Made by a program: the position numbers and the translations under genes. Below the pieces are notes generated by a model. That model worked only from the letters and a program-made list of their open reading frames with translations. It ran no database searches and was not told where the DNA came from. DNA of 19,525 nt from Octopus sinensis. Its lineage: Eukaryota. Each line of letters starts with the position of its first letter. Position 1 is the stretch's first letter. The stretch is from NCBI RefSeq assembly GCF_006345805.1, contig NW_021824286.1, forward strand, positions 1 through 19,525, written 5' to 3'. This document shows, in pieces, positions 9,595 through 19,525 of the stretch.

Positions 9595-9964
9595 TGTTAG
9601 AGTGTTTCACGTCGAGGCTCTGTTGAGGGCTCGAAGGCGCGGGTGATTTGAACGGGTATAGAGAGGGTGTGGGTGGGTCTGAGTGAACGTGTGGGAATGG
9701 TGTGAGGGTGAGAAGACAAAAATTGATGACAGTGAGCGAGAAGGATGGGCAAAACTGATATACGGGTACGTATATATGTGTGTATATATATGTGTATATA
9801 TGTGTGTGTGTATGCGTGTGTATGTGTGTTAGGAAACGGTTTGTCGGTAGCAGTAGCTGGAAGTTGAAGGGGGTGGGCATGAGGCACGGGGTGAAGAAGG
9901 GTGAGGCTGGAGGGAAGAGGTAGAGTTCCTTATGGGTAAGCGATGTTTGGTTGGATGTTATTTG

Positions 9965-10520
9965 TAATGATGATGGCGACGAGGCGGCGGCGGCGCGGCG
10001 GCGGCGGCAACGGTGGCCTCGGAATTGGTGGTGGTGGTGGTGGTGGTGGTGATGATGTTGGTAGTAGTAGTAGTTATGGTGGTAGTAGTACTAATAGCGG
10101 TGATGGTAAGAGTAGTGGGGTTGGTGGTGGTGGTGGTGATAGTAGTAGTAGTGGTGATGGTGGCGGCGGCGGCGGCGGTGGTGGTGGTGGAGGTGGTAAA
10201 AGTAATAAGTGTAATGATGGTGGTGATAATACTAGTAGTGATGGTGATGGTGGTGGTGATGGTGGTGATGTGGTGGTAGTGGTGGTGGCAATACTAATGA
10301 TGATGGTGGTGGTGGTGGTGGTGGTGGCAATACTGATGATGGTGGTAGTGGAAGTGGTGGTAGTGATGGTGGAAGTGGAGGTGGTTGTGGTGGTGGTCGT
10401 AGTATTACTACTGATGTGCGTAAATGATGATGATGGCGGCGGCAAGGGGTGGGTGCTTTGAGAGTAGCAGGCAGGGTGGGAGTGGCGGCAGTAGTGGGAG
10501 CAGCAGTGGTGGTGGGGGTG
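9965..10520. repeat. Degenerate (GGT)n/(GGC)n/(AGT)n trinucleotide field
   Basis: Direct inspection. Confidence 0.9.
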
Positions 10521-10632
10521 AGATTTCAGTTTGGCATGCCAACCAACAGAGGCTGGCACTACTTTTTTTTAAACCATCATTTCACGTCACCCTTTCTTCG
10601 AAGTAAGAAAGAACATCCGAAGAAGAACGAAG

Positions 10633-10725
10633 AACCAGCCAACCAACCAGCCAACCAACCTACCAGCCAGCCAGCCAGCCAGCCAGCCGACCGACCGAAT
10701 GACCAACCGTCAGACCAACCGGCCA
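10633..10725. repeat. (CCAA)/(CCAG)/(CCGA) tetranucleotide repeat
   Basis: Direct inspection. Confidence 0.9.
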
Positions 10726-11040
10726 ACAAACTAATAAACTTCTGCTATAAAACTTTTTCGGCGGCTTACTTGAAGAATTTTTTTGGATCGTGCCGTACCT
10801 TCTTTTAATCTTCCCACATCAGTTTGGTTCTTTGGTAAACGAGAGAGGAAAACATTCATACATCGCACATCCATACTCATTATCATACACACACATACAC
10901 ACACACATACATACATACATACATACATTTACATTTATTTTAAAATATGTGACTCGGCTGTTGATTTGCAACTGCGCCCCCTTTGAAGAACGATATATAT
11001 ATAAAGTTTCAAACTTATAAAAAAAACGAAAAAAAAAGGA

Positions 11041-11136
11041 AGTACGGGGGTCGATTTTTCGACTAAAACCCTTCAAGGCGGTGCCCCAGTGTGGCCGCAG
11101 TTCAATAGCTAAAACAAGTAAAAAAAAAATAAGATA
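11041..11136 (+). mobile_element. 5'-truncated SINE 3' end, family A-like tail
   Basis: GGGGTCGATTTTTCGACTAAA..AAGGCGGTGCCCCAGTGTGGCCGCAGT..AAACAAGTAAAA matches 8109-8175. Confidence 0.8.
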
Positions 11137-12305
11137 TAAATGTACAAACATAACTGTCTTTATTCTTCTGCTATAACTGATCGAATGGACAATTTGTGTT
11201 TTTGAATCTATGTATCTACATCTATATATAGTCAATTGGTTTGTTTCCAGTGTATTACTGGTATATGAATGTCTTTTTAAACAATACACGACGGATAAAA
11301 AAAAAGCGAGGTTTCCCGTATAGCACCAAACGGATTTGAACCTGTATCACTGAGAGACGCGACCAAATAACTACGGTGCATTGTGTTTGATGCTAGTTTT
11401 CAACATTTCTGCTCAGCTCCATTGCGGACTTCGATCCTGGAATGATATTTGATCAAATATATTTGAAAATATAAGAAACAAACAACAATAACAACAATAC
11501 TAAACACTACAACACTAATTATAATATTGATTTAAAAATTTATTTACCTCTGATCGATGGATAAAATATATTATTGAAGTCAGCTGTCTAATAATTCATA
11601 AATTGGAATTGAATCTTTGTAAAGAAGTTTATATATATTTTAAAGCCATTCCTAATACGCAAAGAAGTCACCGATGAATAAGAAGATTATTGCAGTCGAA
11701 TTAATTTTGTAAATAATCTGAGATAAAAACTTCTTCCTCGCCAAAACAAACAAAAAGGATATTTGAAAAATGAAATTAATGACGATAATAATTGCAAATG
11801 AAAACAGAGTGAAATAGATGGCCACAATAACAACAACAACGAGAGAGTCTAATTATGCACGGTTATAAGCCAGAAATTAAATAACGAAATACGAATCATT
11901 AAAATGAATTCTTGGACGAGAAACTGTCAATGAAAACAGCACTGGTGTGATGGATATCATAGAGGAATAAAAAAAGAAATAGTAATAATAATAATAATAA
12001 TAATATAGTAATTCCAACAACAACAACGACAGTAACAGAGAACATTTAAGGAAAAGAAATTCAGAAAACGAAATGACGTTTTAGTTTTGAAATATAAGTA
12101 TTTATATATTTATAGAAAAAATAAGAAACTATGGTAGCATCAAAAAATTGTTAAGATATAGATAACTGCCAGAAAGAAAATGAGAAAAAATTTAAAGCGA
12201 TAATGAAACACGATATATGATGGATGGCATTGAAGTTTTATATATATATATATGGTGAGAGGTGGGTGCTGGCTCTAAATTGATACAGACACCGTCATTG
12301 AGACC

Positions 12306-12368
12306 ATGATGATAATGTAGATGAAGACGACGATGATGATGATGAAGATGATGATGATGACGATGATA
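12306..12368. repeat. (GAT)n microsatellite
   Basis: Direct inspection. Confidence 0.85.
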
Positions 12369-14231
12369 GGGATTATTATGTCTTGTTCAATGTGTCGTGT
12401 GAAAGACCTGATTTAAATCAACAAGTACAGCGTTTTGTAACTGCTGTCGTCTGTTGGTGTTTTCTGCTGTCGTCTGTAGGTGACTTGCGTACGTAACGTA
12501 AACACTCAATACATGCAAACAGTAAGACAAACATTGAGACCGACAGACAAGCAGACAGAGAGACAGATATACTAATTAATATATGAATTATAGACAAGGA
12601 TTTTGAGGAGAAAGGGACGGATAGATTAAGAAACACTTAAGAGAGAAATAAAGAAATAGAGAAAGAGAGAAAATAAGAAACAAAGACAGACAAACTGACA
12701 CCTAAATACCAACAGACACACACATATACAAATATATAATAAAATATTATAGATATATTTAATAATATATTTAATGTATATGCGCTGTCATATCGATATA
12801 AATAAATATTTTGAAAGACAAATACAGAATGGATTCATATATAGGCAGAAAGACAGAAAAATTCATAGATTAATAGATAGATCGAGACGCATATAAGTAA
12901 TTAGGTAAATTGGTGAATGGAGAGACGGATGAACAATTTCACTGAAAGAACACAAGTTCGATACTAAATCGAAACTAATACATCGCACATTTGGCAAATG
13001 AGTCAAAGAGCGAATTGATAGTATTGTATATAAACTGCTTAAAGAAACCACGTGAAGACTTCGAAGAAAATATGGAAATCATGTAAATTATTGATCGATG
13101 TGATAATCACAACCAAGTACTATCGGTGATTTTTCAGTTACACACACACACACGTTAAACACAGGCATATACTCAAATGTATATACACACATAAACACAA
13201 ACTGTTAAAGCCTTATCACATATACACGAAGGCACACACACTTTTAAATAACACAGAAATATAAGGATACAAAAATAGCAAAACAAAAACATTAAAACAA
13301 TACACAAAGGAAAAAGGAGATAGTTTTTTGTTTATTTCCATTTGGATAAAAATTTTTCGGTTTCAAGACGATTAAAAAGCGGTAAAAAAAATTACAAATT
13401 AAAACAAATTACTCTTTTATTTAATATCGGAAATTTAAAAAAAAATTATCTTTGTGATATATGTCAGTCCTGTTTAAATAATCAAATTAGTAACTGTAAA
13501 AAGAAAACATACACACCCACATACACAAAAGTCTGTATTCGATGTGAACCCGTATCCACGTCCTACACCTTAGCACCTCACCCTAATGCACGGCTTTGGG
13601 TCAATGCTAAAAATCATAATTTTAAAACGAGTGTATTTTTATTGTTGTTGGTGTTGTTGTCGTTGATATTGCTGTTGCTATGTCGTAATTGTTTATTAAT
13701 TATCGAAGTCATTATTTTTGTTGCTCTTTGTTTAAACCATTCACCTAACGCGCCATTTTATTTTTTCCACATTAAAACAAAATTAATTAGGGGTAAAGTA
13801 ACTTTGAGCTAAGCTAATTCAGAAAAAGAAAGAACTACTTAATCTAAATAAACGTATAATTAAAACAAGACAGTTGTATTATTTTGTATACTTTTCAGGT
13901 TTTAATTAAGTTTTTAAATCATGTAATTCTTCTTAAATTTTTCATAAGAAATATTTTAATTCAAAAATTCCTGAAACAGAAGGCTGAGTAATATTAATTA
14001 TCAAATTCATTGTGTCTGGTTTATAAAATAATTAAAAATTAATTATAGGCGAGCTACTTTGAATAAAACATTAATTCTAATCAAATATAAAAAAGAAACA
14101 CTGTCCAATTCTTCTCTTTCATTAAAAATGTCTTATGTTAATTGACTTTTTAAAATTAATTGCTTACCTCATTATGTCTAAATTATTGTAAAAATACTAT
14201 ATTCTAACAAATTATATCATCTCATATATAT

Positions 14232-14238
<7 letters not shown>

Positions 14239-14264
<26 letters not shown>

Positions 14265-14272
14265 TACACACA

Positions 14273-14336
<64 letters not shown>
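14239..14336. repeat. (CA)n microsatellite
   Basis: Direct inspection. Confidence 0.95.
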
Positions 14337-14338
<2 letters not shown>

Positions 14339-14821
14339 AGACATCAAATTGATGTTCGATTTTTAAGCTTAGCTGTTTGGTTTTAAATTTTAAGATATAA
14401 TTACTTGATATTGTCTAACTTTAATTAAAACTGACCTTTTAAGATATTGAATCGATACATGTTAAAATTTGTCTTACACACATTTAAGACTATTTTTAAT
14501 CAAATTATACAATTGGCCTTTTGGAAATTATATTCTAACTCAACTTCTTAGCGCAAAATTACACAACCATAATTACCTATAAAATTCGATATTTTATACT
14601 TCTAAAAAACTTGTTACTTTATATTGCTGTTATTGATTAGCCGCAAATCAACCATGATTGAGCATACATTATTAGTTTTATAACTAAAAGAAGAAAAAGT
14701 AATCAAATGTTTATTTAAGAATCTGATAATCTGATTGATAATTAATTAATATTGAGTTAATATTCCATATTCCCTGTTCTCAGTAAAGAAGAATATATTT
14801 CTCTTTATACAGACATTTACC

Positions 14822-14825
<4 letters not shown>

Positions 14826-14859
<34 letters not shown>
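14826..14859. repeat. (TA)n microsatellite
   Basis: Direct inspection. Confidence 0.95.
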
Positions 14860-14862
<3 letters not shown>

Positions 14863-15245
14863 GCGGGTATTTATGTGTGTATTAAATTGTAAAAGAACAA
14901 GATTAATTAATGATTAATCAGTTTTTCTATAGATTCTACCAGTTGCCTGATTTTGTCTAAGATATTCTACCCAATGTGCAATTTGGTCTTGAATATGTCT
15001 AAACTAAACTACCTGGCTTTGATCGATTACCTGACAAATAATTAGGCTATCTCTTATTTATAGACTAATTAAATAAATAAATCAAGGTTTCAAAAAAAAA
15101 AGAGAAATATATACGTAAACATTTCAGTTATTTTAATAAAATACTTACCCATAATTTCAAACCACGAAGAGTACAAGTTGAAATTAAACTCACCGAAAGA
15201 AATACAACAACAACAACAATAACTTTTTAATTTTTGACATCAACA

Positions 15246-17234
15246 ATGATGATGATGATGGCGGACTATCGGAGCTGTCGTTATGAGTATGGTACTCCTT
15301 ACAACGGAAATACTCATATACGTACGGCTTCTAACACATCTGGCTCTGCTGTTGTTGATATGGAAACGGCAGATGCGTGTCACATTATGGACATCTCTCA
15401 TTCTCATCCAGCGTCGTCCAACGTTGGCACTTCTTGTTCGGGTTACTACTCGGCTGCTGGCCCTTCAAATTACCACCTCAGGGGTTACGGTCGACCACAG
15501 TACCCTGATTTATACAATGGGCTCGGGCACCAGCAGAACATAACTCTGACAAACGGGGGCATCGTAGGTTCAAATTCTACGGGTAGCTGTATCGGAGGTG
15601 TTGGTGGTGGTTGTGGTGGTGGTGGTGTTGGTATACGGAGTAACAGACCACGTAGTAATACCAGCTGCAGCAGCAACAGTAGTAACAGTAGCAGTAGTAG
15701 TAGCAGCAGTAGTAACAGCAGCAGCAAAAATTGTAACAGAAGTAATAGTAGTATTAATAGTATTAATAGTGGCATTAGTAGTAGCTGTAATATAAACAAG
15801 AACAATAACAATGATATTAGTAATAATAATAATAATAATAGTAATAGTAGTAGTAGTAGTAGCAGCAGTCATCGCAAAATCAACAACAAAACCAATAGCA
15901 ACAACAGCAACAATAATAACAGTAACCATAGCAACATTAAAAACAACAGCAACATTATTGAGAGTAAGAACGCTACTACCACCAATACTACCACTACTAT
16001 TACAGCTACTACACTCCCCACCTCTACTAGTAGTAGTACTACTACTACTACTTCTACAAGCAATAGTAGCAACGACAGTAACAACAATAAGAGTGATAAT
16101 GATCATAATAGTAATAACAACAACAGCAAACAGCATATTAATGACATGGAGCAATTGAATGGTTCTTCTCTATCTCATCACACAACACAACGCCATCATC
16201 GTCATCATCATCATCACCAACAACAACATCACAACAGTAGTAATAGTCAGCAGCAGCAGCCACAGCAGCAGCAACATCGTCATCATCATTCCCATCAACA
16301 ACAACAACAACAGCAACAACAACAACAACTACAACATATTCCTCATCAAAACAACCACCAACAACATCAACAGCATCATTCGCAACACCAGCAACAGCAA
16401 ACACAACACCAACATCATCATCAACATCAACAACAACAGCAACAACGTTCATTTTATAATTTGACCACGACAGACGAAGGTTCAATCCCCAGGAACGAGT
16501 CTCTAAGTAAATCAAGGAGCAGCAGTAGAACTCATTCGTTCGCATCGAGTACCAAAGACCAGAGAGAGGAATATCAAAGACTGAAGACAAAGGCTCCGAC
16601 TCACAAGGTCCGAGGGCCTGGATGTGAACCCCCACGGAATGGTGGGGTTCGAAATACTGGAAGTCCGAAACATAAACGACAAGTTTCCGAAGCAAAAACG
16701 GACAAAGAACAGGAAATGCTCTTGGATGCTGGCTTGAGTGATTGCGATATTGATGACAAATCGATGGATGATGAAGCCAGCTGTTCATCTCACGAGAAAG
16801 AATCGAGCGAAAAGTCAGACATGGTTTCCTCTCCTTCCTCATCTGTTTCATCTTCTTCGTCAGCTTCCGACGATGTTGATGAACACGTCCCTCATGTTTT
16901 AGCCCCCGGATACCACGGACCCAATCGGCGCTGCTTGCTCTGGGCTTGTAAGGCCTGCAAGAAAAAAACCGTGACGATCGATAGGAGAAAAGCAGCGACT
17001 CTGCGAGAACGTCGACGCTTACGGAAAGTAAACGAAGCGTTTGAGACGCTAAAACGTCGCACGTGTCCCAACCCTAACCAACGCCTTCCCAAAGTGGAAA
17101 TTCTTCGGAATGCCATTGAATATATCGAAAGCTTGGAAGAACTGTTGCACGGCAACCGTATTGGTCGTTCAGACCCCACCACTGCAGATATACGTATCGA
17201 TACTGGATCAACGAGCAGTGGATCTGACTATATG
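15246..17234 (+). CDS. MyoD: MyoD/MRF-family myogenic bHLH transcription factor, first coding exon (663 codons; 3' exons not found in window)
   Basis: Translation contains the Cys/His motif [23 protein letters not shown] followed by [56 protein letters not shown], diagnostic of MRFs. In-frame stop TAA at 15228-15230; first ATG at 15246 in a run of five ATGs (the ORF track's TTG start is not used). The exon ends ...SSGSDYM at 17234, followed by the donor GTGAGT. Confidence 0.95.
16884..17147 (+). other. MyoD: Myogenic Cys/His region plus bHLH domain with intact myogenic code
   Basis: CLLWACK Trp at 16941-16943; Ala-Thr at 16995-17000 and Lys at 17025-17027 have the same spacing as mouse MyoD A114/T115/K124. 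Confidence 0.95.
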
Positions 17235-17240
17235 GTGAGT
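17235..17240 (+). other. 5' splice donor of MyoD intron (phase 0)
   Basis: ATG|GTGAGT fits the donor consensus; the reading frame stops 30 nt later and the sequence becomes AT-rich and repetitive. Confidence 0.88.
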
Positions 17241-17498
17241 ACGTTTATCGATTTGTTCATTTGACTATCTATTCCAATCTAGCTATTTATTGAAATATTC
17301 CGATCTAACCATTTGTTGCATTTATTATTCCAATCTGATTCCATGTTGATCAGTTCCTGTGGAATTTAAGAATTTGGCGAATTGAATCACAGATCAACTT
17401 TGATCAAACAAACATATTGTAAAAAGCAGTTCAAATCGCGAATATGCTATAAATTTTTTTTTTAAACTCAGGGTACCCAGTACTACATTGTCCAATGG

Positions 17499-17843
17499 GT
17501 ATGTATGTATGCATGCATGCATGCATGTTGTATGTATGTATGTATGTATGTATGTATGTATGTATGTATGTATGTATGTATGTATGTATGTATGTATGTA
17601 TGTATGATAACATGATCACTTATGATGATAGGTACAAATGTGAATTTATAGTCGGGTACAAGAGCTCTAAGTACCGCATTAATCTACTATAAAGGGGTAC
17701 AAGAACTGTACATGTATGTATGTATGTATGCATGTATGCATGTATGTATGTATGTATGTATGTATATATGTATATATGTATGTATGTATGTATGTGTATG
17801 TGTGTATGTGTGTGTGTATGTGTGTGTGTGTGTGTGTGTGTAT
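17499..17843. repeat. Two intronic (TATG)n/(TG)n arrays
   Basis: Arrays at ~17499-17606 and ~17712-17843; the spacer contains GGGTACAAGA twice. Confidence 0.92.
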
Positions 17844-17957
17844 TGAAGCTCTTCGCAGAATTAAATCGGTTGCCTGCAATTTTGCAAAACTCTTCTTTGA
17901 ATTGCGAGAGCTCCAGAGATTTGAAAATATGTGAGTGAGTTTGTGTTGGTATTGCCT

Positions 17958-18278
17958 GGTTCTCCGTCGGTTACGACGACGAGGATCCCAGTTGAACCGA
18001 ACAACGGCACAGCCAGCTCGTGAGATTAACGTGCAAGTGGCTGAATATTCCACAGACACGGGTCCTTTTAACGTGGTTAGCAGGGAGATTCAGCGTAACA
18101 TACAATGTGACAAGGCCGGCCCTTTGAATTACAGGCGCAACACATTTTTGCAAGCTGACTGGAACTAAAGCAACGAGAAATAAAGTGCCTTGCTCAAGGA
18201 CTTACTGCACCACCAGGGAATCGAACTCATGACCTTGCGATCGTGAGCCGGATGTCCCTTGCCATTTAAACACGTGAC
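17958..18278 (-). mobile_element. tRNA-derived SINE, family C (CORE-like segment)
   Basis: Minus-strand B-box GAGTTCGATTCC (18217-18228) in a tRNA-like head, followed by GTCCTTGAGCAAGGCACTTTA, which resembles the CORE-SINE motif CCTTGGGCAAGTCACTT (from recall). It is the only full copy in the window. Confidence 0.78.
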
Positions 18279-18829
18279 TTCTCTATTAGTATACATGTAT
18301 ATGAATGTAGGGATTATTCTTGCACTAATGAAATGGACATGCATATTTCTGTAATAATGTGAGTATGTGTGTGTGTGTGTGAAATTACTCTTTATATGTG
18401 CGTGTGTGTATGGTTGCCATGTGTACATATGATTGAGTTGTGTGTAAACTATCAGCAAAATATCACTGGAGCAATTTACAAATCCTCACCGCACCACTAA
18501 ACGATTAGATTTGGAAGATCCGAGCCGGTTCTCTTTGTTCTTTCTCAAACAATCCCAGCCCTTCATAGCTTTTATACAAGGATACCTTCACGCAACATAG
18601 CACACCTTCAATAAAAGGTGCAAATTAAAATCTTGGGCACGGATAGAAGGGTTCTTTGGTCATCACAGACATTCACTTTTCTAACAGTTATAAACGAGAC
18701 ATTCATATTTGATGGGCAGCTGATAACTTCTGCGATGCATAACTGGTATGTCCTGTCCCATAGAAAACTATCAAAGCTGTTGTGCTTACAACGAGTTGTT
18801 CTTTTTTATTAGAATGTGGCACTAGTTAT

Positions 18830-19056
18830 GCGGCGAACTGGCAGAAACGGTAGCACGCCGGTCGAAATACTTAGCGGTATTTCATCTGACTTTACGTTCT
18901 GAGTTCAAATTCTGCCGAGGTCGACTTTGCTTTTCATCTTTTCGGGGTCGATAAATTAAGTACTAGTTGCGTACTGGGATCGATCTAATCGACTGCCCCC
19001 CACCGAAAAAAAAAAAAGAAAAATTCGGGCTTTGTGTCCAGAGTAGAAAAGAATAT
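18830..19056 (+). mobile_element. SINE family B, tail type 2
   Basis: A-box-like TGGCAGAAACGG 18839-18850, B-box-like GAGTTCAAATTC 18901-18912, core shared with the 2568 copy, tail TTCGGGCTTTGTGTCCAGAGTAGAAA shared with the 8947 copy. Confidence 0.88.
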
Positions 19057-19473
19057 TTTATATGTATTATGCATGTATGTATGAGTGTATGTATGTATGG
19101 TTGTACGATCGTATGTATGTACGTATGTATGCAAGGGTTAAGTTCTCTTTTAATGGAGTTCAAACCGTTTGCTAGCAAAGTGACAAACTTTTTGAGTTAA
19201 GTGAGTGCCCTGGGTATGTGTGTGTGCGTGCGCTTGCGCGCGTGTTTATGGTATTTGTATATATATGTGTGTATATATTGGTGAATGCACCTGGATTTAT
19301 GTCCTGTGTGATCATGTCACGTGTCTTTAGTGGAAAGGTGTTCGTGCGTGTTGGTGTGTAAGCACATCATCACTTCTTACATCTATGGCCTTGTCGATGC
19401 ATACAACCAATTATGTGCATATATTTGAATATGTAGCTACATAATTATGTATTTATCTATTTATGTATGTATA

Positions 19474-19525
19474 TTGTTGTTATTGTTGTTTAGCACCGTG
19501 TTAGGGTTGATCAAGAAAATATATG
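19474..19525 (-). mobile_element. Possible 3' end of a family D repeat running off the window
   Basis: Minus strand reads ...GATCAACCCTAACACGGTGCTAAACAACAATAACAA, resembling the 9290-9320 junction. Confidence 0.35.

Noticed and set aside
10531-10542. Palindrome TTGGCATGCCAA as an NFI site
   Set aside because: NFI needs a 5-nt spacer between TTGGC and GCCAA; here it is 2.
9943-10559. Gly-rich/poly-Val and antisense Thr/Pro ORFs
   Set aside because: (GGT)n repeat translations with no domain or splice support.
11325-11400. Minus-strand B-box GTTCAAATCC, possible old SINE head
   Set aside because: Too degraded to align confidently with the families in the window.
13342-13812. 156-aa ORF with CxxC pairs and a hydrophobic stretch
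   Set aside because: TTG start, AT-rich composition, hydrophobic part derived from a (TTG)n-like run, no recognisable domain.
15283-17182. Alternative-frame and antisense ORFs overlapping MyoD
   Set aside because: Shadows of the triplet-repeat-rich coding sequence.
19315-19345. Short match to the family C SINE 5' end
   Set aside because: About 30 nt, no B-box or body; may be chance.

Overview
AT-rich, microsatellite-saturated eukaryotic genomic DNA, most likely octopus (inferred from the repeat families and the protein, not verified). The only supportable protein-coding feature is the long first coding exon (15246-17234, +) of a MyoD/MRF-family myogenic bHLH gene. It encodes a very large homopolymer-rich N-terminus and ends at a phase-0 GTGAGT donor that appears to match vertebrate MyoD intron 1; downstream exons were not found in the window. 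The rest is upstream and intronic DNA with simple repeats and at least three tRNA-derived SINE families. Notable structures are a head-to-head inverted SINE pair, a SINE whose empty site survives in a neighbouring duplication, a shared 3' hairpin module across SINE families, an interlocked A-B-A'-B' inverted repeat, a higher-order (CAC)n minisatellite and a GC-box/CRE/G4 motif cluster. I found no convincing wholly new biological system, and nearly all short ORFs in the track are microsatellite artefacts.
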